A DNA stretch of 64,000 nucleotides from a virus (Duplodnaviria; Heunggongvirae; Uroviricota; Caudoviricetes). A program made the translations under genes and the position numbers. Shown here one piece after another: positions 1 to 12,420 of this stretch. Under the pieces are notes generated by a model. It was not told the DNA's origin and did not search any database. It saw nothing but the letters and a program-made list of their open reading frames with translations. Position 1 is the first letter of the stretch, and every line of letters starts with the position of its first letter. The stretch lies in the IMG/VR virus record IMGVR_UViG_3300031344_000001. One strand, written 5' to 3'.

Positions 1-471
1 GCGGACGAGACGGCGTTCGAGGACGTGCCCTACGTCAAGGCACGCCGTCGGCTGATCAAGTCGCAGCCGGGCTTCTGGCGCGACCTGGAGCGGATCCCGC
101 TGGGGTTCCAGATCCTCGAAGAAGCGCGGGAGCAGCGCTTCCTGTGCCAGATCCTCTCGAGGAGCCCGCGCAAGATTCCGCCCGCAGCTGCCGAGAAGAT
201 CGAGTGGTGCGTCAAGCACGTGCCCGACTTGCCCATCGTGCTCTCCGAAGACAAGGGCTTGGTCTACGGCAAGCTGCTCTGCGACGACTGGCCCGAGTAC
301 ATCGCCCGGTGGCTCGCCTGGCGTCCGCGTGGACTCGTGGTCGCGGTGGCGCATCGGTGGAACGTCGGCATCGACGACCAGTTTCCCAAGAACGTCGTCA
401 GGTTCGACGGGACGAACTTCGCGTACGTTCGAGAGCGCATGCAGGAGGTCCGCGCGACCGCGGGAGACTGA
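1..471 (+). CDS. 5'(3')-deoxyribonucleotidase-like HAD protein (5'-partial)
   Basis: Frame open from base 1; PGFWRDLERIP, ILSRSP, EKIEWCVKH, DKGLVYGKLLCDD and HRWN follow the NT5C-family pattern. Confidence 0.7.
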   Translation, partial: ADETAFEDVPYVKARRRLIKSQPGFWRDLERIPLGFQILEEAREQRFLCQILSRSPRKIPPAAAEKIEWCVKHVPDLPIVLSEDKGLVYGKLLCDDWPEYIARWLAWRPRGLVVAVAHRWNVGIDDQFPKNVVRFDGTNFAYVRERMQEVRATAGD

Positions 472-472
472 G

Positions 473-1531
473 ATGAAGAAGCTGCCCGAGAGCGCCGAGC
501 CGCACGTGCTCGCCGGCGAGGAAGCTCGACGACTAGGCCCGCCGACGAAACTCGACGCCCTCGTCCTCAGCCCTCGTCCCGCCGAGCTCGTGCAAGTACG
601 CCCGGCCTCGGAGCAGCCCGCCGCGGTCTACCTGTCGCAGCTCACGAGCGTCGACAGCCGACCCGCGATGCGGTCGTCGCTCGAGAAGATCGCCACGATT
701 GCAGACGCCCGTGCGACGGCGGACACGCTGCCGTGGCACCAGCTCCGTTTCCAGCACACGATGGCGATCCGGGCAGCGCTCGTGTCGCGCTACGGCGTGC
801 GCTCGGTCAACCGCATGCTATCGGCGTTGCGTGGCGTGCTGAAGACGGCGTGGCGCCTCGGGCAAATCGAGACGGCGGACTACCAGCGTGCGGTCGACTT
901 CAAGGGGCTGAAGACGACGGACCTGCCGCCGTCGGGGCGCGTGGTCTCGATCGACGAGGTGAGCACCATCCTGATCGCGGCGGCGACCAAGCAGGACCCG
1001 CCGAAGAGCTGGCGTGACCAGGCGATGCTCGTCGCGATGTTCGCCGGCGGTCTGCGTCGCCAGGAGGTAAGCGCGCTCGATGTCGGGCACTTCGATGCGG
1101 GTGCGATCACGGTCCAGCGCGGCAAGGGCGGCAAGTTCCGCAAGACGTACCTCGCCGAGGGCTATCGCGAGTGGGTCGAACCTTGGGTGGAGTTCCAACG
1201 GGACCGCGGCTGCGTTCCGATGTTCGTGCGCTGGGACAAGGACGCGGGTCCTACGACGCGGCGACTGTCTCGTGCAGGCGTCGACCACGTGCTCGGGGAG
1301 CTGGTCGACCTGGCCGGCCTCGCGGACCTGACGCCGCACGACCTGCGCCGCACGTTCGCTACGGACCTGCTCGAGAACGGTGCGGACATCCTGATGGTGC
1401 AGAAACTCATGGGGCACGCCGACGTCAAGACGACCGCCATCTACGACCGCCGTGGCGAGAAGAGCAAGCAGGCCGCTGCCGAGAAGATGCCCATCGCGGT
1501 CCGCTACGCGGATCGGAAGAAGGCGCGCTGA
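473..1531 (+). CDS. Tyrosine recombinase/integrase
   Basis: Catalytic set R (GLRRQE), K (GKGGK), HDLRR, GH and Y (TTAIYD); ATG at 473 coupled to the upstream stop. Confidence 0.93.
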   Translation: MKKLPESAEPHVLAGEEARRLGPPTKLDALVLSPRPAELVQVRPASEQPAAVYLSQLTSVDSRPAMRSSLEKIATIADARATADTLPWHQLRFQHTMAIRAALVSRYGVRSVNRMLSALRGVLKTAWRLGQIETADYQRAVDFKGLKTTDLPPSGRVVSIDEVSTILIAAATKQDPPKSWRDQAMLVAMFAGGLRRQEVSALDVGHFDAGAITVQRGKGGKFRKTYLAEGYREWVEPWVEFQRDRGCVPMFVRWDKDAGPTTRRLSRAGVDHVLGELVDLAGLADLTPHDLRRTFATDLLENGADILMVQKLMGHADVKTTAIYDRRGEKSKQAAAEKMPIAVRYADRKKAR

Positions 1532-1818
1532 TGTTTCACCTCACGGTAGCCCTGCTCACGGGGGCCTGCGCCCTCGTCTGGTTGCTCGACGTCCACGTCC
1601 ACTTCTGCGACGCTTGCGGGCGCCATTGGACGCACACCAGGCTGTTCTCGTCGGGGCCGATGACGGGCGCGTCGCGACGGGCAGTGAGCGCTCGTCGTGC
1701 GCACACGTGCCTGTGCGGGGCCGTGCAGTGGTGGCGCGCCAGCGAGCGGCGGGAATCGGCGGTTGACCGTGAGGGTGGTGTGGACGGGCAAGTTGCGGAG
1801 GAGGAGAAGGAGGGATGA
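1531..1818 (+). CDS. Hypothetical protein with hydrophobic N-terminus and Cys/His motifs
   Basis: TGATG coupling; CDACG and HTCLCG motifs. Confidence 0.55.
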   Translation: MFHLTVALLTGACALVWLLDVHVHFCDACGRHWTHTRLFSSGPMTGASRRAVSARRAHTCLCGAVQWWRASERRESAVDREGGVDGQVAEEEKEG

Positions 1819-2234
1819 TCGTCCACGCGGTGACGACGGGGCAGGAGGCTTCTCGGGGGACTGACGTGCTCGACTACCTACGCGGACTACTCGCCGCGTA
1901 CGCCTTCACGCCGCTGCACGAGGCTGACCTACAGGACCAGGTCGCGACCGTGCTGAACGCGGCCGGTGTCGACGTCGACCGGGAGGTCCTCACGGCGCGC
2001 GGGCGCTACGACCTGCTCGTGCGCGCGCGAGGCGTGAGCGTCGTCCTCGAACTCAAGGTCACCGGGTCAGCTCCCTCGGTCGAGCGCCAAGCGCAGAGGT
2101 ACGCGCTGACCCCAGGCGTCGAGGCCGTCGCGGTCGTGACGACCTCGAACCGGCTCGCGCGGGAGCTGGTACGGGCCGGGGGCGAGAGCCTCGGGGGAAA
2201 GCCCTTCGCGGTGATCGCACTCCGGGGTTTCTGA
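1815..2234 (+). CDS. PD-(D/E)xK restriction-endonuclease-like protein
   Basis: E..LQ, RE, RYDLLV, LELK and Q..RY pattern; ATGA overlap. Confidence 0.7.
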   Translation: MIVHAVTTGQEASRGTDVLDYLRGLLAAYAFTPLHEADLQDQVATVLNAAGVDVDREVLTARGRYDLLVRARGVSVVLELKVTGSAPSVERQAQRYALTPGVEAVAVVTTSNRLARELVRAGGESLGGKPFAVIALRGF

Positions 2235-3997
2235 TGCGCGCGGGGACAATCCGGATCGCGGACGACCGCTTCGTGATCGAGTGCGCGCCGCACGTCGCGA
2301 TCAAGCTGCGTCGCGTGTTCGGTGGTGTGCAGCGCCTGCGCGCGGGCTCGTTCTCGCTGTCGGCGACCCCGGCGACCGCGCACGAGCTCGGTTGGTTTCG
2401 AAAGCGTTACCCGCTCGAGCTGGTCGACTGCGAGCGCGCGTTCCGCAAGCTCGTGAAGGCGGAGGTGAAGCGGATCGCTGCGATCAAGGAACTCGACCAG
2501 CCCGCCTACGTCCCGCGCGCGTTCGACCTCGCGATCCCTGCGCGCGAGTACCAGCGCGTGGCCGCGGACCTCGCGCTGCGCACCGGCGCGCTGCTGATCG
2601 CAGACGAACTCGGCTTGGGCAAGACGGTCAGCGCGATCTGCGCCCTGACCGCGCCCGGCGCGTTGCCCGCGCTCGTCGTGACGATGACGCACCTGCCGCG
2701 GCAGTGGGAGCGCGAACTCTCGCGCTTCGCGCCGACGCTGCGGGTGCACCGGATCAGGAAGGGGCAGCCGTACCCGCTGGATGTCCCGCGGGTCGAGACC
2801 GACCACGTCGGCGGGCGTCGCCGTACCGCCTGGGGTCTCCCCGACGTGATCATCATCAACTACCACAAGCTCGTCGGTTGGGCTGACACGCTCGCGGCGA
2901 TCGTCAAGACGGTCGTCTTCGACGAAGTTCAGGAACTCCGGCACATGGGCACGCACAAGTACCGCAGCGCCGCGGCGATCGGCGGGGCTGTCAAGCTGAG
3001 CATCGGCCTGAGCGCGACGCCGATCTACAACTACGGCGCCGAGATCTACGCGGTGCTCGACGCGATCAGCCCGGAGTGCCTCGGCACGCACCGCGAGTTC
3101 TTTGACGAGTGGTGCGGCGGTGTGGCCCTCGGCAGTGACCAGGATGCCCGCAAGGTGCGCGTCGCTGATCCAGTCGCGCTCGGCACGTACCTGCGCGAGG
3201 CGGGCCTGATGATCCGTCGCACGCGCAAGGAGGTCGGGCGTGAGTTGCCCGCGTTGACCGTCGTGCGCCACGCGGTCGACGTCGACGCGACGCGCATCAA
3301 CGAGGCGGTCGCCGACGTCGCCGAGCTCGCGCGGCGCGTACTCGAGCGGACCGGCACGAACTTCGAGCGGATGCAGTGGTCGGGCGAGATCGACCACCGC
3401 ATGCGCCAGGCGACCGGCATCGGCAAGGCGGCCGGCGTGGTCGACTTCGTGCGCTTGCTCGTCGAGGCCGGCGAGCGCGTCGTGCTGTACGGGTGGCACC
3501 ACGAGGTCTACGCGCTGTGGCGATCGGCGCTCGACAAGCACGACGTGCCGTACGCGATGTACACCGGTGAGGAGAGCGAGCGCGCGAAGGTCGACAGCGT
3601 CGCGGCGTTCACCAGGGGGGACGCGCGCGTCCTGATCATCAGCCTCCGGGCCGGTGCGGGCCTCGACGGCTTGCAGCACGTCAGTCGCACGGTCGTGATC
3701 GGCGAGCTGGACTGGTCCCCGATGGTGCACCACCAGGATATCGGCCGTGTCTACCGCGACGGGCAGCAAGAACCGTGCGTCGCGTACTACCTCGTCGCCG
3801 ACGAGGGCAGTGATCCGGTCATCGCTGACGTGCTCGGTCTCAAGGAAGCGCAGGCGACAGGCGTCATCGACCCAGATCGCGCAGGCGTGGCGCACCTGGT
3901 GGGTGCTTCCAACGACCACATTCGCAAGCTCGCCGAAGACGTGCTGCGCCGGAGATCAACGCGGAGCGCGGGTGCCGTCGCAGCGGAGCCCGGGTAG
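2234..3997 (+). CDS. SNF2-family (SF2) helicase/ATPase
   Basis: ADELGLGKT, FDEVQ, LSATP, GAGLDGLQ, ELDWSP and QDIGRVYRDGQ motifs. Confidence 0.92.
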   Translation: MRAGTIRIADDRFVIECAPHVAIKLRRVFGGVQRLRAGSFSLSATPATAHELGWFRKRYPLELVDCERAFRKLVKAEVKRIAAIKELDQPAYVPRAFDLAIPAREYQRVAADLALRTGALLIADELGLGKTVSAICALTAPGALPALVVTMTHLPRQWERELSRFAPTLRVHRIRKGQPYPLDVPRVETDHVGGRRRTAWGLPDVIIINYHKLVGWADTLAAIVKTVVFDEVQELRHMGTHKYRSAAAIGGAVKLSIGLSATPIYNYGAEIYAVLDAISPECLGTHREFFDEWCGGVALGSDQDARKVRVADPVALGTYLREAGLMIRRTRKEVGRELPALTVVRHAVDVDATRINEAVADVAELARRVLERTGTNFERMQWSGEIDHRMRQATGIGKAAGVVDFVRLLVEAGERVVLYGWHHEVYALWRSALDKHDVPYAMYTGEESERAKVDSVAAFTRGDARVLIISLRAGAGLDGLQHVSRTVVIGELDWSPMVHHQDIGRVYRDGQQEPCVAYYLVADEGSDPVIADVLGLKEAQATGVIDPDRAGVAHLVGASNDHIRKLAEDVLRRRSTRSAGAVAAEPG

Positions 3998-4303
3998 ATG
4001 GCGGTCTACGTCGACAGTGCGATCTACGGTTTCGGCAGGATGGTGATGTGCCACATGCTCGCGGACACGCCTGCCGAGCTGCACGCGATGGCGGACCGCA
4101 TCGGTGTCGCGCGTCGCTGGTTCCAGACGCCGCCGCGCGCGAGTTTCTGGCACTATGACGTCGCGAAGAGCGCACGGGCGCGCGCGGTCGCCGCTGGTGC
4201 GATCGAGTGCGACAGGAACACGTTCGTCACGGCACTGCGCCGGATCCGCGCGTCTGGTGTATTCGGTGATCTACCGCCCAAGAACCAAGGCCGAGCAACA
4301 TGA
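3998..4303 (+). CDS. DUF4031-family protein
   Basis: MAVYVD, MCHMLADTPAELHAMADRIG, WFQ and HYDV signature. Confidence 0.85.
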   Translation: MAVYVDSAIYGFGRMVMCHMLADTPAELHAMADRIGVARRWFQTPPRASFWHYDVAKSARARAVAAGAIECDRNTFVTALRRIRASGVFGDLPPKNQGRAT

Positions 4304-4575
4304 CCCCTCGCCGAGCACGCGACGGATTGCCCATTCCAAGGCTTGGTCCGTCGAACGACACGTTCGACACGGCCCACATCGAGATGTGGCTTGGCGAATG
4401 CCTCGCGGACAACCCGCACCGCGCCGACATCGAGATGGTGTGGGCTGCCTGGGACGAAACCGTGATCGACTGCGCGCTCGATGACATCGAGCGCCTCAAG
4501 AAAGCGCCGCGCCGCCCCCGCTCTCCTATCGAGCAGATGGTCGACCGTGCGTGCGGAATCGACTGGGATACGTAG
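4300..4575 (+). CDS. Hypothetical protein
   Basis: ATGA overlap; coding-like composition. Confidence 0.6.
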   Translation: MTPRRARDGLPIPRLGPSNDTFDTAHIEMWLGECLADNPHRADIEMVWAAWDETVIDCALDDIERLKKAPRRPRSPIEQMVDRACGIDWDT

Positions 4576-4577
4576 AA

Positions 4578-4742
4578 ATGATCGTCCACAACGTAACGGG
4601 GCTGCTGCTGCGTTACCTCTTGGCCGCAGTCGTCGAAGCATACAGCCGTGGCGTGCTCACTCCAACGCGGACGCCCGAGCTGTGGGCGCACGTCGAAGCG
4701 ATCCTACAGTGGTGCTCAACGCCCGGAGATGAGACGACGTGA
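4578..4742 (+). CDS. Small hypothetical protein
   Basis: ATG 2 nt after the previous stop; overlaps next start. Confidence 0.45.
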   Translation: MIVHNVTGLLLRYLLAAVVEAYSRGVLTPTRTPELWAHVEAILQWCSTPGDETT

Positions 4743-4999
4743 GCCCCGTGAGCCTTCGCGAGGCCATGAGCGCGTACGTCGCGAGCAAGCGCACGCCGCG
4801 CGTCGTCCTTCCTAGAAACGGGAACTGCCCGACTTCGGGGCTGCCCTACTTCGTGTGTCGATGCGACAACCACCGCTGCGGGGACTGCGGGCGTCGTTGG
4901 AGTCAGCGCAGCTCCGCAGGATCGAGCCCGGGCGCTTTCATCGCCTGCCAGTGCAGGGCGAACCGAATGCGGAACCTCACCACGCGGGGGCAGCCATGA
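4739..4999 (+). CDS. Cys-rich hypothetical protein (possible zinc finger)
   Basis: GTGA overlap; CRCDNHRCGDCG. Confidence 0.5.
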   Translation: MSPVSLREAMSAYVASKRTPRVVLPRNGNCPTSGLPYFVCRCDNHRCGDCGRRWSQRSSAGSSPGAFIACQCRANRMRNLTTRGQP

Positions 5000-5406
5000 G
5001 GGGTCGAAGCGTGATCGTCGAGCGTCTCTGGGCCCTCTACGCGTGGCCCGAGCGGGGGCTCCCCATGCGCAAGATGACGGTCGCGAAGCTCCTCACGTAC
5101 CGCGCGCAGCCCGACTACGTGAGTGACGTGGAGCGCACCAGGAAGCGGCCCACACGCGCGTGGGACTACGGACGGATCCGCCACTTCTACGAGCGCCTGC
5201 TGGCCGGTGAGAGGCTGGACGCGATCGAGGTCGACAACGAGTGCGACTTCGGGAAGATCTACCCCGTGCCCGTCCTGCTCGACGGGCACCACCGACTGGC
5301 GGCGGCGCACCTCGCGGGCGCGCGGACCATCCACGTCAGCTACGGCGGGCGCCTCGACCTGCTGCGGTACCTCACCGGCGCGCGGAGGACTTGCCCCGAG
5401 ACTTGA
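4996..5406 (+). CDS. ParB/Sulfiredoxin-like N-terminal domain protein
   Basis: LDAIEV and VLLDGHHRLAAA; ATGA overlap at 4996. Confidence 0.7.
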   Translation: MRGRSVIVERLWALYAWPERGLPMRKMTVAKLLTYRAQPDYVSDVERTRKRPTRAWDYGRIRHFYERLLAGERLDAIEVDNECDFGKIYPVPVLLDGHHRLAAAHLAGARTIHVSYGGRLDLLRYLTGARRTCPET

Positions 5407-5455
5407 AGCTTTTGCTCAAGTGACACTCCAGGCATGCTTGAGAGACACTTAAAGC

Positions 5456-5941
5456 ATGGCCAAAAAACCTGCGGCTCAACTCCAGCGCGAGATCGACGTG
5501 ACCCTCGCGAAGCGCGCTGCAAAGCAGCGTCAGAAAGAAGCGCGCCTCGTACGCGCGCAAGAAGCCTCTGAAGCAGGCACGTCCTGGCGTCGACAGATCA
5601 TCGATCAAATCCAGCGCTGGGTCGAAGCGAATAACCAGGGTCTCTGGGACGAGCGCTACTACAACCTTGTCATCAAGCGTCTCACCAAGCTCGTCTCCTT
5701 CATCCGATCCTTCTTTCCCGACGCCCCCGAGGCGCCCATCGAGACGGACCTCGCCGCCGCGCTCATCGTGTTACCGCTTCGAGAAGCGCTGCCACTCGCG
5801 CGAAGACTGTTCGGTGCCGGTCCTGGCATCGCGCACGACCTCCAGGCAGAAGACCTGACCTTCAACACGGACTGGTTCCATCCAGAAGAGTTTCACTGGA
5901 CCGGAGCACGCCGCCTACAGCCACTAGCCTCGAAGCTGTAA
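5456..5941 (+). CDS. Hypothetical protein with N-terminal KKPAAQLQREI motif
   Basis: Clean ORF; leader shared with 19618 and 52101 proteins. Confidence 0.7.
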   Translation: MAKKPAAQLQREIDVTLAKRAAKQRQKEARLVRAQEASEAGTSWRRQIIDQIQRWVEANNQGLWDERYYNLVIKRLTKLVSFIRSFFPDAPEAPIETDLAAALIVLPLREALPLARRLFGAGPGIAHDLQAEDLTFNTDWFHPEEFHWTGARRLQPLASKL

Positions 5942-5992
5942 TAGGGAACCTGGGCGCCCAGCGCCCAGCGGGTAACCAAGCGTGTGGGTAGT

Positions 5993-6008
5993 GGGTAGTC
6001 AGCCACCC
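5993..6008 (-). promoter_or_regulatory. Palindromic GGGT-N8-ACCC motif, copy 1
   Basis: Minus strand reads ATATCCGGGT-GGCTGA-CTACCC. Confidence 0.55.
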
Positions 6009-6061
6009 GGATATGTACGACGCCACTCCAGCGTCTTCGGCGCGAGCAGCGTGGAGCCTGA

Positions 6062-6085
6062 GACACGGGTGGTGGGCTACCCAGG
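6062..6085 (+). promoter_or_regulatory. GGGT-N8-ACCC motif, copy 2 (GACAC type)
   Basis: GACACGGGT-GGTGGG-CTACCCAGG; 22/24 identical to 12986-13009. Confidence 0.6.
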
Positions 6086-6122
6086 TTTTGGCGTCGCGCT
6101 GTTGGCGACACTGACGGTCGGC

Positions 6123-6407
6123 ATGTTCCCCGCATTACCCGTGGGCATGCAGCCGCTCGCATTGACCGCCGACCAGGAGGCGCTCATCAAGGAGAGCCCC
6201 GCGTCTACGCCCGCGCTCGTCGACGAGGACGCCTTGATGGCGATGCCGCTCGCCGAGGCCAAGCACCTGGTCGCCGCCGAGTTCGAGCGGCGCTACCTCC
6301 TGCGCGTGATGGAGCGGGCGGGTGGTCGGGTCTCGGAGGGCGCGCGTGTGGCGGGGCTCGACCGCACCAACTTCCGCCGCCTGCTCCAGCGGCACGGTCT
6401 TCGCTAG
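6123..6407 (+). CDS. Stand-alone Fis-type HTH protein (sigma54-activator C-terminal domain)
   Basis: AEFERRYL..VMERAGGRVSEGARVAGLDRTNFRRLL; no AAA+ domain; start uncertain (frame open from 5982). Confidence 0.8.
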   Translation: MFPALPVGMQPLALTADQEALIKESPASTPALVDEDALMAMPLAEAKHLVAAEFERRYLLRVMERAGGRVSEGARVAGLDRTNFRRLLQRHGLR

Positions 6408-6414
6408 GAGAACG

Positions 6415-6639
6415 ATCACGAAGGACCTCAAGAGTCGATTCCTCGCTGCCATCGACCACGGCTGTGCCGCGGGGGACTCGCCCGCGCAGGCGTTCGATCG
6501 TCTGCGCGTCGATAACCCCGACGTCTTCCCGATCCCGCGCGGGCGCGAGTCATTCCTGGAGGCGTGCGCCGAAGTCGTGCGCGCGCACGAAGCCCACGTC
6601 ACGCACAAGACCACGGGGCTGGAGGGCGCGTCATGCTGA
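6415..6639 (+). CDS. Hypothetical protein (start codon uncertain)
   Basis: AGGAG then in-frame ATC-ACG-AAG; no canonical start after the RBS. Confidence 0.4.
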   Translation: MTKDLKSRFLAAIDHGCAAGDSPAQAFDRLRVDNPDVFPIPRGRESFLEACAEVVRAHEAHVTHKTTGLEGASC

Positions 6640-6984
6640 TCAGCAACGGCCCTGATGGCACTTTCACGACCGGGCACCTCGACGTCCTCTTGATCCTCCA
6701 CCACGTGGAGGCAGGCACGTACCACGCGGCCTTCTTCGAGGAGGCTCCCCCGCCGGGACCCGTGCAGGACGTTGGCGACGTCGCGATCGTCCGGCTGCGC
6801 AGCAAGCTGCATCACACGACGGGAGCGTCCAGCGTCCACGCTCGAAGGCGCCAAGGCGCACCTCGACGAAGTGGCCGTGAAGATCTGCGTGCCCCCCGAG
6901 AACCTGTGGCGTGAGAAGTCGCCGTACCCGTGGGACGGGCAGCTGGGCATCACGGTGATCGTCGACAGCTGGAGACAACGCTGA
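6633..6984 (+). pseudogene. Hypothetical gene frameshifted by a 7-bp tandem duplication
   Basis: AGCGTCC x2 at 6824-6837; removing one copy joins MLISNG..HHTTGAS to TLEGAKAHLD..WRQR. Confidence 0.7.
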
Positions 6985-7574
6985 TGAAGGATCACAAACT
7001 CGCGATCGCGTACGGGCTCGTGCAGGCGGCCTACCGCGCCCTCGGTGAGGCCGAACAACAGCTCGCAGGCGCGGCATCGCCGACGGCATCGCTGGCGGTC
7101 GACACGTGTCGCCAGGTCTTGCAGCTGAGCCTGCGCGTCGGTGCCGCGTTGGAGTCGGAGGGGGCCCCACAGCCGAAGGGCAGTGCCAAGCCCTCCGCGC
7201 TTTGCACGCACTGCGGAAAGCCGGACCGCAAGGGCGATCACTGGGACAGCCTGGACGGGCCGAACTCGGCGGGGTGGTCGTGCTCGCCCAAAGGTGCCGC
7301 GTCGGATGGCGCCCCCGGCACGCCCCTCGCTGCCAACCCCGACTTTGCCGCCGTGCTGGAGCTAGCAGCCTTCTTCCAGGACGACTACAACAAGAAGCTC
7401 CCCGTGATCGCCGCGTGTCGTCGCTGGCGCAACGGCACGACCACGACCGAGGAGTTCCTGAAGTGCCTGGGCGCGGATGACGTGGCCAAGGTGCTACTGA
7501 ACTACGAACCGGTCGCACCGCTGGGGGGCCTCATGATCCTGAACGATCACCGCCACCGCCACGGCCCTCGTTAG
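6984..7574 (+). CDS. Hypothetical protein
   Basis: TGATG coupling; CTHC motif. Confidence 0.6.
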   Translation: MKDHKLAIAYGLVQAAYRALGEAEQQLAGAASPTASLAVDTCRQVLQLSLRVGAALESEGAPQPKGSAKPSALCTHCGKPDRKGDHWDSLDGPNSAGWSCSPKGAASDGAPGTPLAANPDFAAVLELAAFFQDDYNKKLPVIAACRRWRNGTTTTEEFLKCLGADDVAKVLLNYEPVAPLGGLMILNDHRHRHGPR

Positions 7575-7598
7575 TCGCTAGACTGCCAGGACAAGCCG

Positions 7599-7850
7599 AT
7601 GGCCAAAACGAGCACTGCTCCATGGGACGACTGCAAGGTCGCCTTCTCGATCCACAACCCAGACCCGTTCGATGACACAGGGCCGAACGGTGTCTGGCAT
7701 GCGCCCTTGCCCAAGGGCTGGGAGCTGAATGAAATCGACGGCACCGGGGCGCGGTACGTCGCGGTGTTTCGTGTCGCCGGTCTGCCCTCCGCCACGGACG
7801 GCAAGACGGTCAAAGACTGGCTCAAGAAGGTGGGGGCCCAGCGCCGGTGA
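7599..7850 (+). CDS. Hypothetical protein
   Basis: Clean ORF within the operon. Confidence 0.6.
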   Translation: MAKTSTAPWDDCKVAFSIHNPDPFDDTGPNGVWHAPLPKGWELNEIDGTGARYVAVFRVAGLPSATDGKTVKDWLKKVGAQRR

Positions 7851-8104
7851 CGAGAAGAGTGTGCACGAACGACGCGCGAACGAAGCTGCGTGAGGTCGTC
7901 GAGTGGATGGAGAAGTCTGACGAGCAGCAGCCCTCGATCAGGGCGCTCTTCGCACGGGGCGCGTTTCACCACGCAGACGACGTCGCGTACGCGCGAATCA
8001 TGCTGGTGCGCGGTCAGAGCGTCGACGAGATCGCGGAGTACATCGCGAAGACGTACAGCGAGGGTGAGCACCATTGCGATCCGGTCTACCCGTCGTGGTC
8101 GTGA
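7847..8104 (+). CDS. Hypothetical protein
   Basis: GTGA overlap. Confidence 0.6.
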   Translation: MTRRVCTNDARTKLREVVEWMEKSDEQQPSIRALFARGAFHHADDVAYARIMLVRGQSVDEIAEYIAKTYSEGEHHCDPVYPSWS

Positions 8105-8415
8105 TGCGCGAAAGGACTGCTATGATGGATCCCGAAGTCGTCAAGTTCACAGCTCCGTTCCGCATGCATGAGTGGGAGCCCAAGACCGAGGCGCTCATCT
8201 GTTGCGAGGTGAACGTCGGTACGAGCATGTGCCCGACCTGGGAGCCCCGCACCTACGAGGCGAAGCGCGTGTTCCAGCCGGGGGCCGCGTTCCGCGTGAC
8301 GGAGACCAGTCGCGGCGACCTCGTCTTCATGGAAGTGTTCACGAACTGGCGGCGCCTGTGCGAATGGCTCGAACTCATGCGCATCCAGAACATCGAGTAC
8401 ATGGACGTGTCGTGA
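8104..8415 (+). CDS. Hypothetical protein
   Basis: TGATG coupling. Confidence 0.55.
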   Translation: MRERTAMMDPEVVKFTAPFRMHEWEPKTEALICCEVNVGTSMCPTWEPRTYEAKRVFQPGAAFRVTETSRGDLVFMEVFTNWRRLCEWLELMRIQNIEYMDVS

Positions 8416-8675
8416 CGAGCGGGCGCGTCGAGACCTTCGGCGCGTACAGCGGAGCGTGCACCGATCGGATCGACGTCGCGCTCGAGCGGCGCCCCGCCAA
8501 TGCGCTCAACGTCGAGATCATGACGCCCTCTCCGCGCTGCCGGCAGCAGTCGCCGGACGGGCGCGGGTCGGCCTGGATCCTGAGTGGGGGCGCGCCGCTG
8601 GCGTACGGCACGTGCTGTCGGTCGAGCTGCCCGGGCCTGGCACAGGCGAATGAACGCCGTGGTAGCCTTGACGCG

Positions 8676-8972
8676 ATGGCGCGCGAGTTCGAGGAGACCG
8701 TCCGCGAGATCGTCGACCGCATCAGCCACGGCCACGTGATCCTGACCGAGCGCGTCCGCGCCGGGCACCGCCGGGCGATCTCCGTGGGCCCCTACCGGAC
8801 CGCGGCGTCGACGAAGAGGCAGTACGGCCTCATCGTGACGCCGCCACCCGCTGGCGAGAGCGACCTACGTGCCTACGGCGGCGCCGACCGTGCGGCGCGC
8901 GAGTTCCTGCGCCTCGTCGGCGTAGCCGAGGCACGGAGCGCGATCGCGCGGGAAGCTCGCAAGTCAGGCTAG
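8676..8972 (+). CDS. Hypothetical protein (may start at 8412)
   Basis: MAREFEETVREIV; frame also open from GTG 8412. Confidence 0.5.
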   Translation: MAREFEETVREIVDRISHGHVILTERVRAGHRRAISVGPYRTAASTKRQYGLIVTPPPAGESDLRAYGGADRAAREFLRLVGVAEARSAIAREARKSG

Positions 8973-9128
8973 TAACCGCGCGAGCCCCTTTTGCATCTCG
9001 GCCTCGAACGCCGCTGACGCACACCGGCACTTCGAGCACGTGCGCTGCGGTACGCCGCGGACCTCGCGCCGGATCATGCGTCGACACGATCGTGTCGAGC
9101 ATTTGCGCATCGTCTTGCCGGTCTTCAT
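8964..9128 (-). CDS. Small Cys-rich hypothetical protein
   Basis: MKTGKTMRKCSTRSC..CSKCRC; 54 aa. Confidence 0.35.
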   Translation of the reverse strand: MKTGKTMRKCSTRSCRRMIRREVRGVPQRTCSKCRCASAAFEAEMQKGLARLLA

Positions 9129-9165
9129 CGGTAACGACCTCTGGGCACGTGCGAACGTGGCGTAC

Positions 9166-9534
9166 TCAGAACTTGAGCGTGCTGTACCAGACGCCAGGAT
9201 GGTGGTCCTCGGGGGCGTCGCCCTTGACCTCGGGGGCCAGCAGCGCGATCACGTCGACGATGCGACGACACGTCGCGACGACTTGATCCGGCGTGGCGCC
9301 CCCACTCAAGAGCATTCCAGCCGCGTGCGAGATCATCGCCTGCGCGAGCTCACCGGGCCTGAACCCCAGGTTCTGCGCATGGAGCGCGAGCTGGGAGGCG
9401 TTCGCGCGAAACCACGCTTGCCGGAGGTCCGGGCGCTCCGCGGTGAGAGCGCACTTCGCGGGGGCTGGCACGTCCGTGCTCCTTGCGTCCGTGGCCGCGT
9501 CCGGCAGCTCGGTAGACTGATCCGTCTCGTCCAT
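9166..9534 (-). CDS. Hypothetical protein
   Basis: GGAGG-like RBS; follows the collagen gene. Confidence 0.6.
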   Translation of the reverse strand: MDETDQSTELPDAATDARSTDVPAPAKCALTAERPDLRQAWFRANASQLALHAQNLGFRPGELAQAMISHAAGMLLSGGATPDQVVATCRRIVDVIALLAPEVKGDAPEDHHPGVWYSTLKF

Positions 9535-9546
9535 GGGTGGAGGCTA

Positions 9547-12268
<2,722 letters not shown>

Positions 12269-12420
12269 TGATTTCCGCAGGTCGCTCCAAAAAGCGGTCG
12301 AGCTTGCAGGGCGCCGACGAGCGTCGCGCTCCGAGTCCGACGGTTGGATCGTGCGGCGAGGACTCTCGTCTGAGTGCGTCGCGATCGCTCGCGTCGACGC
12401 TCCGACGATCGTACTGGGGG

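Noticed and set aside
2006-3919. 637-aa minus-strand ORF
   Set aside because: Antisense shadow of the SNF2 helicase, as expected in high-GC DNA
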